64,000 nt of DNA. Origin: Callorhinchus milii. Taxonomy: Eukaryota. The stretch spans positions 5,270,001-5,334,000 of the forward strand of contig NW_024704762.1 in the NCBI RefSeq assembly GCF_018977255.1, read 5' to 3'. Shown one piece after another: positions 50,414-62,662 of the stretch. How positions within the stretch are numbered: position 1 is the stretch's first letter; each line of letters begins with the position of its first letter. The position numbers and the translations under genes are program-made. Below the pieces are notes generated by a model. It made no database searches. It was not told the origin of the DNA and saw only the letters and a program-made list of their open reading frames with translations.

Positions 50414-50610
50414 GGGTCTTGCCAACCTGCGCCTAATACTTTCCGGAATTAGGTAAGCAGGATGCTTCTCTCCGGGGAGAGAGAGAGTGAGTATTCCATT
50501 CCAACAATCTGTCTCTGGGATTTCCATGTGTAGGTGAGACGCACGGAAGTCTCAGTTGCGTTTGGATTCTCCTCTTGAGCAATGGTGATGGGATGTCAGA
50601 CACCCGGGAG
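50414..50610. repeat. Unclassified ~230-bp dispersed repeat copy
   Basis: Colinear with 41885-42112. Confidence 0.8.
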
Positions 50611-50841
50611 ATAAAACAAAATAACATTGTGGTGTTGAGACATCCTCCCGACGTGAAAGGTGCTTTCCCAATGAAATGTTGTTGTTGTTGTTGTTGTTGA
50701 GTCGGTGTGAAAAGGCACTCACTCTGCCTTCAGGAGCAAGACGCCAGATTTGTGCAGACGGCATCACGCCGTCTTTCTCTCACTAGCTCTCTTCCTCCCT
50801 CCCTCGCTCTCTCTCTTTCTCTCTCTCTCTCTCTCTAGACG

Positions 50842-53800
50842 ATGCCTTCTCTCCTGGATGAGTGGCTGTGGCGGGAGGAGCACTGGCTGCCCCCGGGGGT
50901 CACGTGGGAGGACATGAAGGACTCAGACGTCGCTCGCTACCCCCGACCACGCGACCTTTACGCTTCCATCGTCTGCGGCTTCGCCTTCCTGGCCGTCCGG
51001 CAGCTCTTTGAACGGTGGGTTCTGGACCCGGCTCCGCACCCCTTAATCCCCCCCCTCCTCCCAGCTGCCACTCACCGCCCCCACCCATCGACCCCGGCCC
51101 CCCACCCCCTCAAAATTTATCCCACTGTGAAGCCGGGGAATAATCCTTGCAATTAGGGCCAGAGCCTTTCATGGCAGAAAAAGTTCTGGAAGTGCTTCCC
51201 AGGCTTTCCTGCGAAGTGTAGTGACTGTGTTTCTGGAGGCGACGGTGGTGCGAGAGCTGGGGGTGGGCGGCTACCATAGGTTGTGTAGTTGGTTAACGAT
51301 GATGGAATTAGCTAATGGCTGGCGAGAGGGGGGGGTGGGGAGACTTTGCTGGAATCATTGCCTGGCAGTCACTGTGGGTTTGGTTTGGTTTGGTGGGCGG
51401 GTGCCAGGTTTGCCGGGGATCGCGGTGACGGCGCTGACAGAAAGCTCCGCTCCCCTCTTCCAGGCTGGTGGCGTTGCCGCTGAGCAAGTGGATGGGGGTG
51501 AAGGAGAGGAGACGAAAGAGGGCGACTCCCAACCCGGCCCTGGAGCGTTTCTACACACAACACAGCAAGCGGCCCAGAGAGGTAACCCGCCCTCGCCCTC
51601 CCAGCCACACCCCGCCCCACTCTGTCCCACCACAAATACTCCCCTGGGTAGCCGCTGGCGACAGCACATTGCTATGGAGCCCGCGGTGGCTGAAATCTCC
51701 CCCGCCCCCCGATAGGCTTAACCTGTACCGTGTGCTGTGTCCCTGCAATGGGCAGAACTGTGGAAGGGTTGGGGTCTTCCCTGACCGGGGACCCGCCTCC
51801 ACAGCCGACGATTGATTGATCCCTCCCTCCCTCCCTGGGGTAGCATCATTGGGGGAGAATCGCAGTGTTGCTCATTGTGTGTTCTGTGTGTTGCAGAAGG
51901 AAATGTACAGACTGTCCGAGAGCTGTGGCCTCTCCCCGTGGCAGGTCCAGACGTGGTTCCAACGCCGGAGAAACCAGGACCGACCGAGTGTGAGCCAGAG
52001 GTTCTGTGATGCCGGGTGAGCACCAGAGATCTCCACCACAACAACAACATCACCACCACCACATCATCAACAGCATCACTACATCAACAACATCACAACG
52101 TCAACGACAACATCAGCAACAACAACATCAACATCATCACTACGTCAACAACATCACTACACCAACAACATCACTACACCAACAACATCACTACAACAAC
52201 ATCATCAGCAACATCAGTATCAACAACATCAGCCTCAACAACATCAACAACAACATCAGCCTCAACATCAACAACAACATCAGCCTCAACAACATCAACA
52301 ACAACATCAGCCTCAACAACATCAGCCTCAACAACAACATCATCATCAACACTAGAACAACCACTTACATTCACACAGCATCCTTCACAACAGCAACAAC
52401 GTGTATTTATATTTATCCCCTCACACAGGGTAGTGTTCCAGAGCGCTTGACATTAGCGGAGCACAGTGCCGAGTCAGGGGGAGGTGACCGTAGGTGTGAT
52501 AGCGTCTCGGAGCGCTGCGGAGTGGTGGGGTCGGACACCGAGGAAGGGGGGGGGGAGGTGACCGTAGACGTGGTCATGGTCGAAGAGGTAGGTCTTTAGA
52601 TGGGACTGTAAGAAGGGGGATTGATTCAAGCAGTTCTATCAGCCAACCCCTGCCATCACCTCTGTCGCTCCAGTGTCAGCTGAAGGGAACTCCGAGGTGG
52701 GGGGGAGAGGGATGGGTGGGGTGCGGTCAGGTATCGACTAGAGGTTCAGCTTGGGAGCCTTGGATTTGTATCTGTTTAGGAGACGGAGGCCATTCAGCCT
52801 GTTCCATCTTTTTTACTTGGATCACAAGTAGAGCGCTGCAACATCCAGGCCCCTTTAAGAGAGCTTGACCACAAGTTGTGAAGCAAGAAAGGAGCACTCC
52901 TTCCTCTCACTAACACTCTCTCTCCCTCTCTCTCTCTCTCTCGCTCTTTGCCACGTTCCAGTTGGAGGTTCACCTTTTACACGCTGGCTTTCTTCGCTGG
53001 GTTAGCCGTGCTTTTCGATGTAAGTTATCGGTTGCTTTGCCGGTGGCAGGAGTGGGACTGGGAAACACTTCTTCAGAGTATCTGCACTAAGCAACAATCA
53101 CGAGTTGCCTGTCAGGAGAATGTCCCAAGGCGCTGGACAGTGGAGGGTTTGCACCCAAGCTGCGGGTTGGAGTCAAGAGGGGTGGGGGTGGCAGGATGTC
53201 CGAAGCCCTTCCCAATGGCTGATCAGTCTTCGGAGAATGGACAGAATTATTATCAATAATAATAATATTAATCCTTGCGTTTGGTGTAGGGGTTTTCATG
53301 TTGGGAGGACGTCTCAAAGCGCTTCACAGGATTTACTGTGGAGTGGAGTGACTCTGTATTCATAGACAATGTTCCACGATCAGCCATGAAACGAGGGACC
53401 AATTTTATTACCAATTTAATTTGGGGGATTGTTAACCAGGACACGGGGAGAGAGAGAAACTCCCTTCTCAAAGATTGTCCCATTAGGAGACATGTAGAAT
53501 TGATGGAGTTTGACCTGGGCCCAACTGACCTCTCTTCTCTTTACAGAAGCCATGGTTTTGGGACCAGCAAGAATGTTGGGAAGGCTACCCCCAGCAGGTA
53601 GGAGCTTTTGGGTTCAATACTAGAGCCAGGAGAACTGTTTCTGCCGTTAAAACAACAAAATTACATTTGCACAGCGCCTTTCACATTGGCAGGACATCCC
53701 AAGGCGCTGGACAGGCAATGTTTCAGACCTGAGCTGGGTGTTGGGATCGGGGAGGGTGGAGGGCAGGGGGGAAGCAGAGAGATTGAAAGCACGGACGAAG

Positions 53801-56800
53801 AGGAGAGTCTTGAGATGGGTCTTGAAGGAGGCAGAGGGACTGGGGGATGGAGTTCCAGAGGGTGGGGCCAGAGTGGCAGAAGGTCCGCCCGCCAATGGTG
53901 TTATGAAACGCAGCCCTCACTTCAATCCAACTGTAAACTGCTGACACTTTCAATTATCTCACATCCCGCTCGTGAATCCATGGTATCTGATGTGATAATC
54001 ATCACTGGTGATCACATATTTGACAGCACGGAAACAGGCCATTCAGACCACTTGACCGTCCTGGAGTTTCTATTTCTCATGAGTCTAATCTCCTCCGCGT
54101 GAGGAGACTAGATATTGCGTAGTTGGAGGGATGGTGGATCTCTCAGACACTAAACTTTATTATACGTGTGTTGCAGGTCTTGTTGCCCTCCCAGTATTGG
54201 TACTACATGATCGAACTGGGATTCTATTGGTCTCTTCTCTTCAGGATTTCTATCGACGTGAAGAGGAAGGTACGTGCTGTGTCCTGGGACTGAGGTACTT
54301 GGGCTTTGAGCTGCAGCAAAGTTACTCCCTCAGTGTGCTCAAACACCGGGAGAAACTCCCTTCTCTTTTCCAACAGCACCATAGGGACTTTACCATGTAC
54401 CCGAAGTACAGGCAATTGGGACCTCGGTTTTTAATTCTCCTGATTTCTGACATCAGGTGTCAGTCTGTCTCGTCGATAGCACCCTCGCCTCCCGAGTCAG
54501 AGGTTGCGGGTTCAAGCCCTGCATTAGGACTTTGAGCTTCCACGGTCTGGGCTGACGCTCCAGTACAGTGCTGAGCTAGTGTCATGTTGTCGGAGATGCC
54601 GTCCTTCAGATGAGACACTAAACCCAGGTCCTCGTCTACTTCCCCTGTGCAGGCGAATGTTAACTATCCCGTGGCACCAAATCGAGAAGGGAGTTTGTCT
54701 GTTATCCCGGGATCCCGTGGGTAAAATTGGTCATTTCACGTAATAGCTGTTTTAGGACATTTCAGCAAAAACGTCCAATTATGCCGACGAATTGGCCGTC
54801 ACCTTGGCTGAAAATACGCAGTCACTGCATTCAGTAGTAAATCCTGTGAAGCGCTTTGAGACATCTCCGTGACGTGGTAAAGCCCTGGGTCGAATGTGGG
54901 GAACTATCATAAGTCTTTGGCCACAACACTGCGAGGGGTGGAGTCTGCCGTGGGCGCGGGCCGGTGCTCCCGGATTCCAGGTTCCCGCCGCAGCTCCGCG
55001 AAAGCCAGTTTGGGGCGGATTCTCATCCGTTTCTCCGGGATTGTTTTGTTGCGCGCAGGATTTCAAGGAGCAGGTGGTTCACCACATCGCCACCATCTTC
55101 CTGATGAGCTTCTCCTATTGCGCAAACTACATCCGGGTCGGGACCTTGGTTCTGCTGGTACATGACGCTTCGGACTACATCATGGAGGTGAGAGGCTGGT
55201 GCTCCAGCCCAGAGTGTGTCGCAGCAACAACGCTCACTCCGGGAACTGCTCAACACCAGGTCCTGGAAGTTTGTGGAATCGTAACTCCACAAACTGTAGC
55301 GTCGTGGTTAGAGCACTCGACTCGCAAGCGGGAGGACCTGGGCTTGATTCCCGGGCAGGGCAAAAATCTTAGGCAGGTCTCCTTACTTCCTGCACGCCTC
55401 GGTTTTCCTCAGCGGTGAGTAGGAACCCGGTTGTTACTCGATTGGCGGATCGCTTTTCCGGGGGTAATAACTCCTTCAAAAAAATAAATAACGGATTCAT
55501 AACTCGGTCGCTCAATCCACCACTAGTATTTGTACTTGGTAATTTGAGGTCGTGCTTTCGGATGCCCCAAGACAGCAGAACAAGAGGGCACAGGTTTACA
55601 GCTCCGAAGGGTGCAATGTTAGGACAGACACCGGGGGACATTTAATGACTGGGAACAGGGTTGCCTGGAAGGGGTGGGGTTGAGGCCAGGACACCGGGGC
55701 TCGTTTTATATAAAAAAAAGCTGATTTTTCATATTGCAGGTCGCAAAAATGTTCAACTATGCCGGTTGGCGTCGGGTGTGTGATTGGCTGTTTGTGATCT
55801 TCGCGTTGGTTTTCCTGATTAGCCGATTGTTTATCTTTCCCAATGTGTGAGTAAACTGCTCCGAGAGAGGGGTTGGGGGGTGGTGGGGGTGGGGGGGGGT
55901 GTCGGAGGGGGAGAAGGATAAACGTCTAGGGGGCAAACTATTCAGCTCTGTGTAGATCTCCTGCTTGATCGCTCTCTCCCTCCGCACGGGTTCGGAACGC
56001 ACCGCCTCCAAAGGGTGGCGGAAGCAGATTCGATGATGACTTTCAAATGGGAATTGGATATGGGGAGAGCGCGGGGGACTGGGAATGATCGGATGGGTCT
56101 TTCAAAAAGCTGGCACAGGCACAAATAACTTCCTGCGTGGAGCAAAAACTGCAGCAGCAACAGCGACCCGATGGGCAATTTGGGTCTGGCCTGCCCCTGG
56201 GGGAGTGGGGGGAAGAATATGTGACATAACTGGCCCTGGGTGATGGTCATGGCAACTAAGTTAGAAAAATAGAAACAAGAGCAGGTTATTCAGGCCCTCG
56301 AGCCTGTCCTGCCATTTTATAAGACCTTGATCTGTAACCCAAGTCCAGTTACTTGCCTTTGCCCCATATCCCTTAATACCATACACAATTATGTTTGTAC
56401 AGCACCTTTCACGTCGGAAGGACGTCCCAAGGCGCTGGCCTGACTCTGACCTAACAAATATCTACCTAAGTTGAGGGATCGTCCAATTTTCTGCCCTTCC
56501 CTCAACCACTTACACACACACACACACACACACACAGCGATCTCTCTAACTCCAGGTCTCTCCGCAGGGTCCTGTACACCACTTGGTGCCGCTCCATGCA
56601 ACGCTTCCAGCCTTTCTTTGGCTACTATTTCTTCAACGCCCTCCTGCTGTTGCTGCAGCTGCTCCACCTGTTCTGGGCCTACCTCATCCTGCGCATGGCC
56701 TTCAAGTTTGTGTTTGTCGGGCAGGTAATGCTGTGGAATGACAATGTTCCACGCTTGTGTCAGAGACCACTTTTGCCCTCCCCATCACCAGCCCACCACC

Positions 56801-57443
56801 ATATCCCTATATCCCTGCCCTCCATACATCTCCCACACCCCCATCCCACCCACCTCTCTGTTGTCCCACCCACCCACTCACCCATAGCGTGTGGGTGAAG
56901 CGGTTGAAAGCTTGTCTCTGGGACGCTACCCAGTGTGCAGGGCGCTATACAAATGCAAGTTGTTGTTGTCTGTTTGATGGTGTGAAGCGGGGTTGGGGGG
57001 TTGTGTGGTGGTGGTGGGGGGGTGGGACTCAAAAGTTGGCAGAGTAAAAGGAGTGGCTGTGGATGTAAAATAACGATAATAATCCTAGTATTCAAAAATC
57101 ACACCTTATCACGTCGTTGAGACGTCTCAAAACGCTTCACAGGATACGCTGTAAAGTGAATTCACTGTATATTTTGCGGGAGAAACAAATGGAGAGAAGG
57201 GTCACTGTTAAGCTGACGGGAGCGGACGCTTTCTTTGCTTTTGTCTCTTTCCGCTCCGCGCAGATCGAGAAGGACGAGCGAAGTGATGATGACGAGGAGA
57301 GCGAGGGGACGGAGGAGGGGGGGGAGGCTGGGCTGGTCAGCTCGAAGGCCGGCAGGGGCACCGGTGCTGGCAGAGTGTTGAATACAATCCGGAGCCGGAT
57401 GAACAACCGGCGCGTGAACAACGGCCTTCCCAAAGCAAGGTAG
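50842..57443 (+). CDS. CERS4: Ceramide synthase 4 (Hox-like + TLC domain), 394 aa
   Basis: Exons 50842-51014, 51464-51581, 51897-52015, 52962-53019, 53547-53597, 54177-54269, 55059-55187, 55740-55846, 56568-56724 and 57264-57443, 1185 nt in frame. Contains [11 protein letters not shown], the Lag1p motif [12 protein letters not shown]…[14 protein letters not shown] and an acidic C-tail. CERS4 over CERS2 is judged from diagnostic residues ([22 protein letters not shown]). Confidence 0.88.
52034..52395. repeat. AAC/ATC-rich low-complexity repeat with AACAACATCAGCCTC units
   Basis: Begins about 20 nt after the CERS4 coding exon 3 donor. Confidence 0.95.
54455..54890 (+). mobile_element. Older Deu-domain SINE (SacSINE1/AmnSINE1-like)
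   Basis: tRNA-like head, GCCGTCCTTCAGATGAGACACTAAACC…ATCCCGTGGCAC core and L2-like tail. Related fragments at about 1880-2110, 4760-5060, 31470-31610, 35440-35665 and 49150-49360. Confidence 0.7.
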
Positions 57444-58065
57444 CAACCTCCCCCCACCCTCCTCCCCCCTCCCATCACTCACTCCCACCACCATCCCCAC
57501 CACCCAACCTTTCCCCCCTCCCTCAGCACTCGGCAGTACTCTGTGGCTTTTACTGATTGAGTCTCTGAACTGGGAGTGGGAGGGGACGCCTCTGTCCGAA
57601 CCACCGAACATTGGAACGTTCTCCCCGACTGGCGATTTAAAAAGGGCAGAGACGCTCGACAGCCCCTGTTCCGTATCGTGCGTCTGTCAGCGTAAAGGGT
57701 AGTGAAGTCAAGTGTACTCTGGTGAAGTTACTGAGGATGCGATTCAGCTGTGAAATCACAGTCATTCCCATTCCTTGCTGGGCGGTGGGTGGGTGAGCGA
57801 GCAGGGGGAGTGTGCGGAGGGTGGAGGGGGGGGGCCGTTAAGGGGCAAAAAGGGTTCTCTGACACAGCGCTGACATAGCCGTAACTTCCCACATGTGCAC
57901 AACTGGACTTTCGATGTTATTGAGTGTTGTGACGGAACCTCAGTCTCTCTTGAGGCTAACCTCACGAGAGGCCATACATTATCTGAGCAGAGGAGGCCTA
58001 CACTCTTTCTAGTCTCTTATGATGCAGAGCCAATGGGGCTGTTCAGTGAACCATTGAGACATTAG

Positions 58066-58071
58066 AATAAA
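58066..58071 (+). terminator. Candidate CERS4 polyadenylation signal
   Basis: First AATAAA seen after the stop codon, followed by GT/T-rich sequence. Confidence 0.55.
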
Positions 58072-58553
58072 ACGTTGTTCCGGCTGAGTGAGGTCCTTTG
58101 GGATTTGAGATTTTTTTAAGAAAAACAAACCATTGAAAATCATCGCAAAATCACGGTTGTACTCAATTCATTCGCTCCCAACATGGCCAACGGTTAGAGC
58201 CATCTTACTTCTGTCCGAGGCTGGAGGGGAAGTAAGACTTTTTTAGCGCTAAAGATTTGAAGCATTTCATAATGTTTTCCTGGTGTAAATCAAATAGTTT
58301 CACAGGCCAAGACTGAGTGGACCATCAGTGACTCTGCTACTAGGTTCCTGGCAGTGAGATGTGTCCAGACTGAATGATTCTGTTGCACAGATGATAAAGT
58401 CTTTGGTGGGTGTTCGAATATGTTAACCCACCGACAGAGGAAGTTAAATTGTGTAAAAAGAATTGCTGAATTAAACGTTTCTTTTAAAAACGTGAAGTGT
58501 TTTTTTATTTTTGCAGCATTTGTGGCTTCCACAGTTTAACTCCAGATATGACT

Positions 58554-58932
58554 ATCAGTCTGGTTCAGTGGGAGTGGTCTTACCTCTGAGTCAGAAGGTT
58601 GTGGTTTAAATCTCAATTCGGGACTTGAACTCACATAGTCTAAGATGACGCTCCAATGCAGCGCTGGGGGAGGGGGTAGAGGTGTCGTCCTTTGGATGAG
58701 ACTTTAAACTGAGGATCCCATCTGCCTGTTCAGTGTCCCAGCCAACAATACCCAAACAAAATTGGACACTGACTCCATGGCTGTTTGCGGGACATTGCTG
58801 TGTGTAACTTTGCTGCCACATTTGCCACAAATGCAGCCACTTCATTTCATAGTAAATCCTGTGAAGCTCTGTGAGAAGTCCTTCCGAGGTGATAAGGTGC
58901 TATACCAAATACAAAGATTATTATTATTATAA
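58554..58932 (+). mobile_element. Older Deu-domain SINE, near full length
   Basis: Head, GTCCTTTGGATGAGAC core, CTGTTTGCGGGACATTGCTGTG segment and (ATT)n tail. Confidence 0.75.
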
Positions 58933-59059
58933 TTCCCATCGTCCCTATTGACAGAGCGAAGAAGCACCAATTGTATTATCTGTCCAGATTGAGATGCGAA
59001 GGCTGTCTGCATGACACAGTGTATGGGTTCATTGGGATGTATTATAATAATACAGTACG

Positions 59060-59430
59060 ACGACACTTGCATTTGATGTGGCATCTTCTCACCTGATTGA
59101 AATATCTCCAAACCCTTCAAAGTGTTGTGACATTGTGCGTATTTGTAGGCCCATTTGCATACAATGCCCCACAAACAGCCGTGAAGTGAACGACCGATTT
59201 TGTTTGGAGGATTGCTGGCCAGGACGCCGGGAGAAACTGTTTTCGAAACGTGCCGTGGGATCTTTAACATCCACCTGACCAGGCAGACGGGACCTCAGTT
59301 TAAGGCCTCAGCCGAAGGACGGCACCTCTGAAGTGTCAGTCTGCGCTGTGAGCTCAAAGTCGTGGTGAGGAGGCTTGAACCCACAGCCTTTAGGCTCAGA
59401 GGTGAGGAGAGCCACCAACTGAGCCAAGAC
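59060..59430 (-). mobile_element. Older Deu-domain SINE, inverted relative to 58554-58932
   Basis: Same modules on the reverse strand. Confidence 0.75.
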
Positions 59431-59837
59431 AGCGTTAAGCTGAGAAGTTCTGAGTGGGCAGTGCTGTGGCACTGATCCAAATCGGTTTCAGAATAAAAAT
59501 CCGCAGGGCAGAGCTGGAAATCGTAGAATTTTACTTTAAAGCAAATTCAACAATTCCGATTCTTTTGTTGAACGTAAAGTGGGAAGTGAGCATTGAGACT
59601 TTGTCTGACCTCTGCTTGTTCGATTCATCGAATCGATGAAAACTTCTTTAGAAAGGGAATCCTGTGTCAGTTACTCTTTGGAGAACAGGTTGAAAGAAAT
59701 TTGCTTACAATTTGCTTTGTTACTTCCTGGTTGACTGTAAAGAAGCGCCAGCTGGATTCCAGGCAGACTGCGGCCAGGTTTGTGCATGTTTATTTTGTTA
59801 CTGTTTCACAACTGTTTGAAAGGGGGCTAATAATATA

Positions 59838-60158
59838 ATAATAATAATAATAATCCTTGCATTTGATATCGCCCCTTTTCACGTCTTCTCGAAGCGCTTC
59901 ACAGAATAGACTGTAAAGCGAATTGACCGTATATTTGTGGGCGAAACGCGGCGGCCAATTGCGCACAGCAGCGTCCCCGCAAACAGTCGTGGATTGAAAT
60001 GACCAATTTATTATTGTTTTTTGTTTTTGGAGGGATTATTATTAGGCTCTGTGTGGAGTAAGGAAACTTGCCCAAGGTTTCGCCCTGACCTGCCGGGAAT
60101 TGAACTCAAGTCTCTCACTTGCAAAGCGAGTGCTCTAACCACTGAGCTACAGGACTCC
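59838..60158 (-). mobile_element. tRNA-Ala-headed SINE, full length (short subfamily)
   Basis: Highly similar to 3716-4038 and to the reverse complement of 11391-11718. Confidence 0.9.
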
Positions 60159-60289
60159 ATAGTGTCCCATAAACAGTTGTGGATTGAATAACCAAATTAT
60201 TATTTGAAAGATAATAATTCAATCCCCAACTGTTTATGGGACATTGCTGTGCGCAATTGGCTGCTGAGTTTCACCCACAAATATACAGT

Positions 60290-61020
60290 CAACAACAACA
60301 ACTTGCATTTATTATAGCGCCCCCCCCAATGCAGGGCAGCGTCTCAGAGCGCTTAGCAGTGGTGGAGCCTGACTCTGAGCTGGGGGGGTGGGGGAGAGAG
60401 GTGACCGTAAGCGCGGTCGAAGAGGATGGTTTTAAGCCGGGACTTGAAAAAGGGGAGAGTGTTCCAGAGTTTCGGGGCGTAGTTGGCTGAAAGCACGACC
60501 TCCGATGGTGGGGCACAGGGTGCGAGGGACGAGCAGGAGGCCGGTGCCAGTCGAGCGGAGGCGCTGTGTGTCGGATTGGGGAGTGAGGAGGTCGGGAGGT
60601 GCCAGAGAGTGAAGGCATTTGAACACGAGTGTGAGGATCTTGAAGTTCGGTGATGGGGAGCCCCTGGAGTATGGCCAGAACTGGTGAGATGTGGGTACGG
60701 AGTTTCGTCCGGGTCAGTCTTAGGGCGGCAGAGTCTGAATGAGCTGATCTTTTGAATAGTGGAGTTGGGGAGACCAGCGAGGAGTGCGTTTGAGTAATCC
60801 GGGCGGGAGGTAACAAACGCACGCACGAGGGCTTCGGCTGCATTTGGGGGCAAGGTGCGGTTCGGAGGCGGGCAATGTGGAGGAGGTGGAAGAAGGCGGT
60901 CCCGGTCAGGGACCGGATGCGGGGGAGGAAGGACACCTGGGGGGTCGATCGGGACGCCTAGATTGCGCACTGGCTCGGTGAGTCCGAGGGAGAGCCCAGG
61001 GTTGGTTGAGGAGGTTAGAT
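60290..61020 (-). mobile_element. L2 LINE 3' fragment, frameshifted
   Basis: VRNLGV, AEALVRAFVTSRPDYSNALLAGLP and YAPKLWNTLP fragments; (GTT)n tail. Confidence 0.9.
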
Positions 61021-62294
61021 CCACCGGAGTGAAGTAAAGTGAATCGCTGTGAAGCGCTTTGAGAAGTCTCAACGATGGGGACGAGGCACTCCGATCAAAT
61101 GCAAGGATTATTATGTATTGTAAGTGAACTTCCACAGATAAATCCCAGCCACAACGTACGTGCTGTTCCGATCTGCGACACTCGGTGGCGCCCTGCCCTT
61201 GGCCACCAATTTGTGCCAACGCACTCACCAATGCGATGGGGGTGGGGGGGGTGATTCATTTTTTCCTCTACAGTCACTGTATCATGACTGTTCTGGGTTC
61301 AGGTTCTCCATTTTATTTTAAAATCTAAACGCGGCAACTCTAGTTGTCCTGACCGGGGCGGTTCGCTTTGTGTATTGCTGCCTTGCATGGTTGCGAGGTG
61401 AGTGATGATCTCTTTCAGCTTCCCCCTTGGCACGCTCCTACTTTGTCAAACACATTTCGAACGTCTGGGCACAACAAACATTGCTTGCATTTACGTAGCA
61501 CCCTTCCTGTTCCAGGTTCCCACACCCTGCCTGACCCACTATCAGCGGTCGGACCTTCAGCCTTTCTGCCCCCACCCTCTGGAATCCCTTCTCCTCACCC
61601 CCTCCCTTGCCTCCTTCAAAGCCCATCTCTCGACCTTCCTCATTGACCTCGCCTTCAGTCATCCTCCCACCCCCCACCCCCCCCCAACCCCCTCTTGATT
61701 TCAACCCCCAGCTCGGGTGCAAACCCCTTGACTGTCCAGCATCTCGGGGCGTCCTCCCAGCGTGAAAGGTGTGTGGAAGTGCAATTTGTTACTGGTGTTG
61801 CCGTTGTTTACTTTGGATGCTGGGTTTTCGCAGGCGCCAGAGATCCGGTTGAACAACAAACAAAATAGTTTTCGCCCATAAAATACACAGTCAATTCACT
61901 TTACAGTGTGGAGCGTTTGAGATGTCTCAAAAATGTGATGAGGTACTATATCAATTGCCGGGAATATTATTATTAAAACAGGAACTGAGACTTCTGTTAT
62001 ACTTAAAACCAGAGAGCTTCCAAGAACCTTTCTCTGCTAATTCTATCAATGTGCTAAAGATTACGCCATCATGTGAGTATTTTCCGTATTTTTTCATAAG
62101 TTTCTCTATGCCTCACCGGCAGCTGATTTCTCTTTTGCCCTTTGACTCATAGATTAGTCATCATCATGGAATGTGAAAGGAGTTCTTGTGGGTATTTTGG
62201 GTCGTGCTTCATAGATTTTAGTAAATCTGAGTGCCCGCAGCTGTTTGAAACAATCTTACGTTGTGGATTTGGGAGAGTTTTGTAAAGCATTGCC

Positions 62295-62662
62295 CCACCC
62301 TACCTCTGCGACCTCCTAACCCCCTACCAACCCGCCCGCTCCCTCCGCTCAGCCGGCTCTGGCTGCTCCACGTTCCCCCGCACCACCCGCCCCACCATTG
62401 GCGGGAGAGCCTTCAGCCACTCTGCCCCCAACCTCTGGAATTCCATCCCCCAATCACTCCGCCTCACCCCCTCCTTAGCCTCCTTCAAGTCCTGCCTCAA
62501 GACCCTCCTCTTCGACTATGCCATCGGCCACCCCCTTCCCCTCCCCTCCATTAAACCCCCAACCCCAGCTCGGGTCTGAAATGCTGTACACTGTCCAGCG
62601 CCTTGGGATGTCCTCCCGACGTGAAAGGCGCTATACAAATGTAATCTTGTTGTCGTTGTTGT
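62295..62662 (+). mobile_element. L2 LINE 3' fragment
   Basis: Same 3' end type as 25597-25950. Further short copies at about 21400-21550, 38250-38450, 53650-53890, 61500-61800 and 63180-63440. Confidence 0.85.

Noticed and set aside
52006-52599. His/Asn/Thr-rich ORFs
   Set aside because: Low-complexity intronic repeat.
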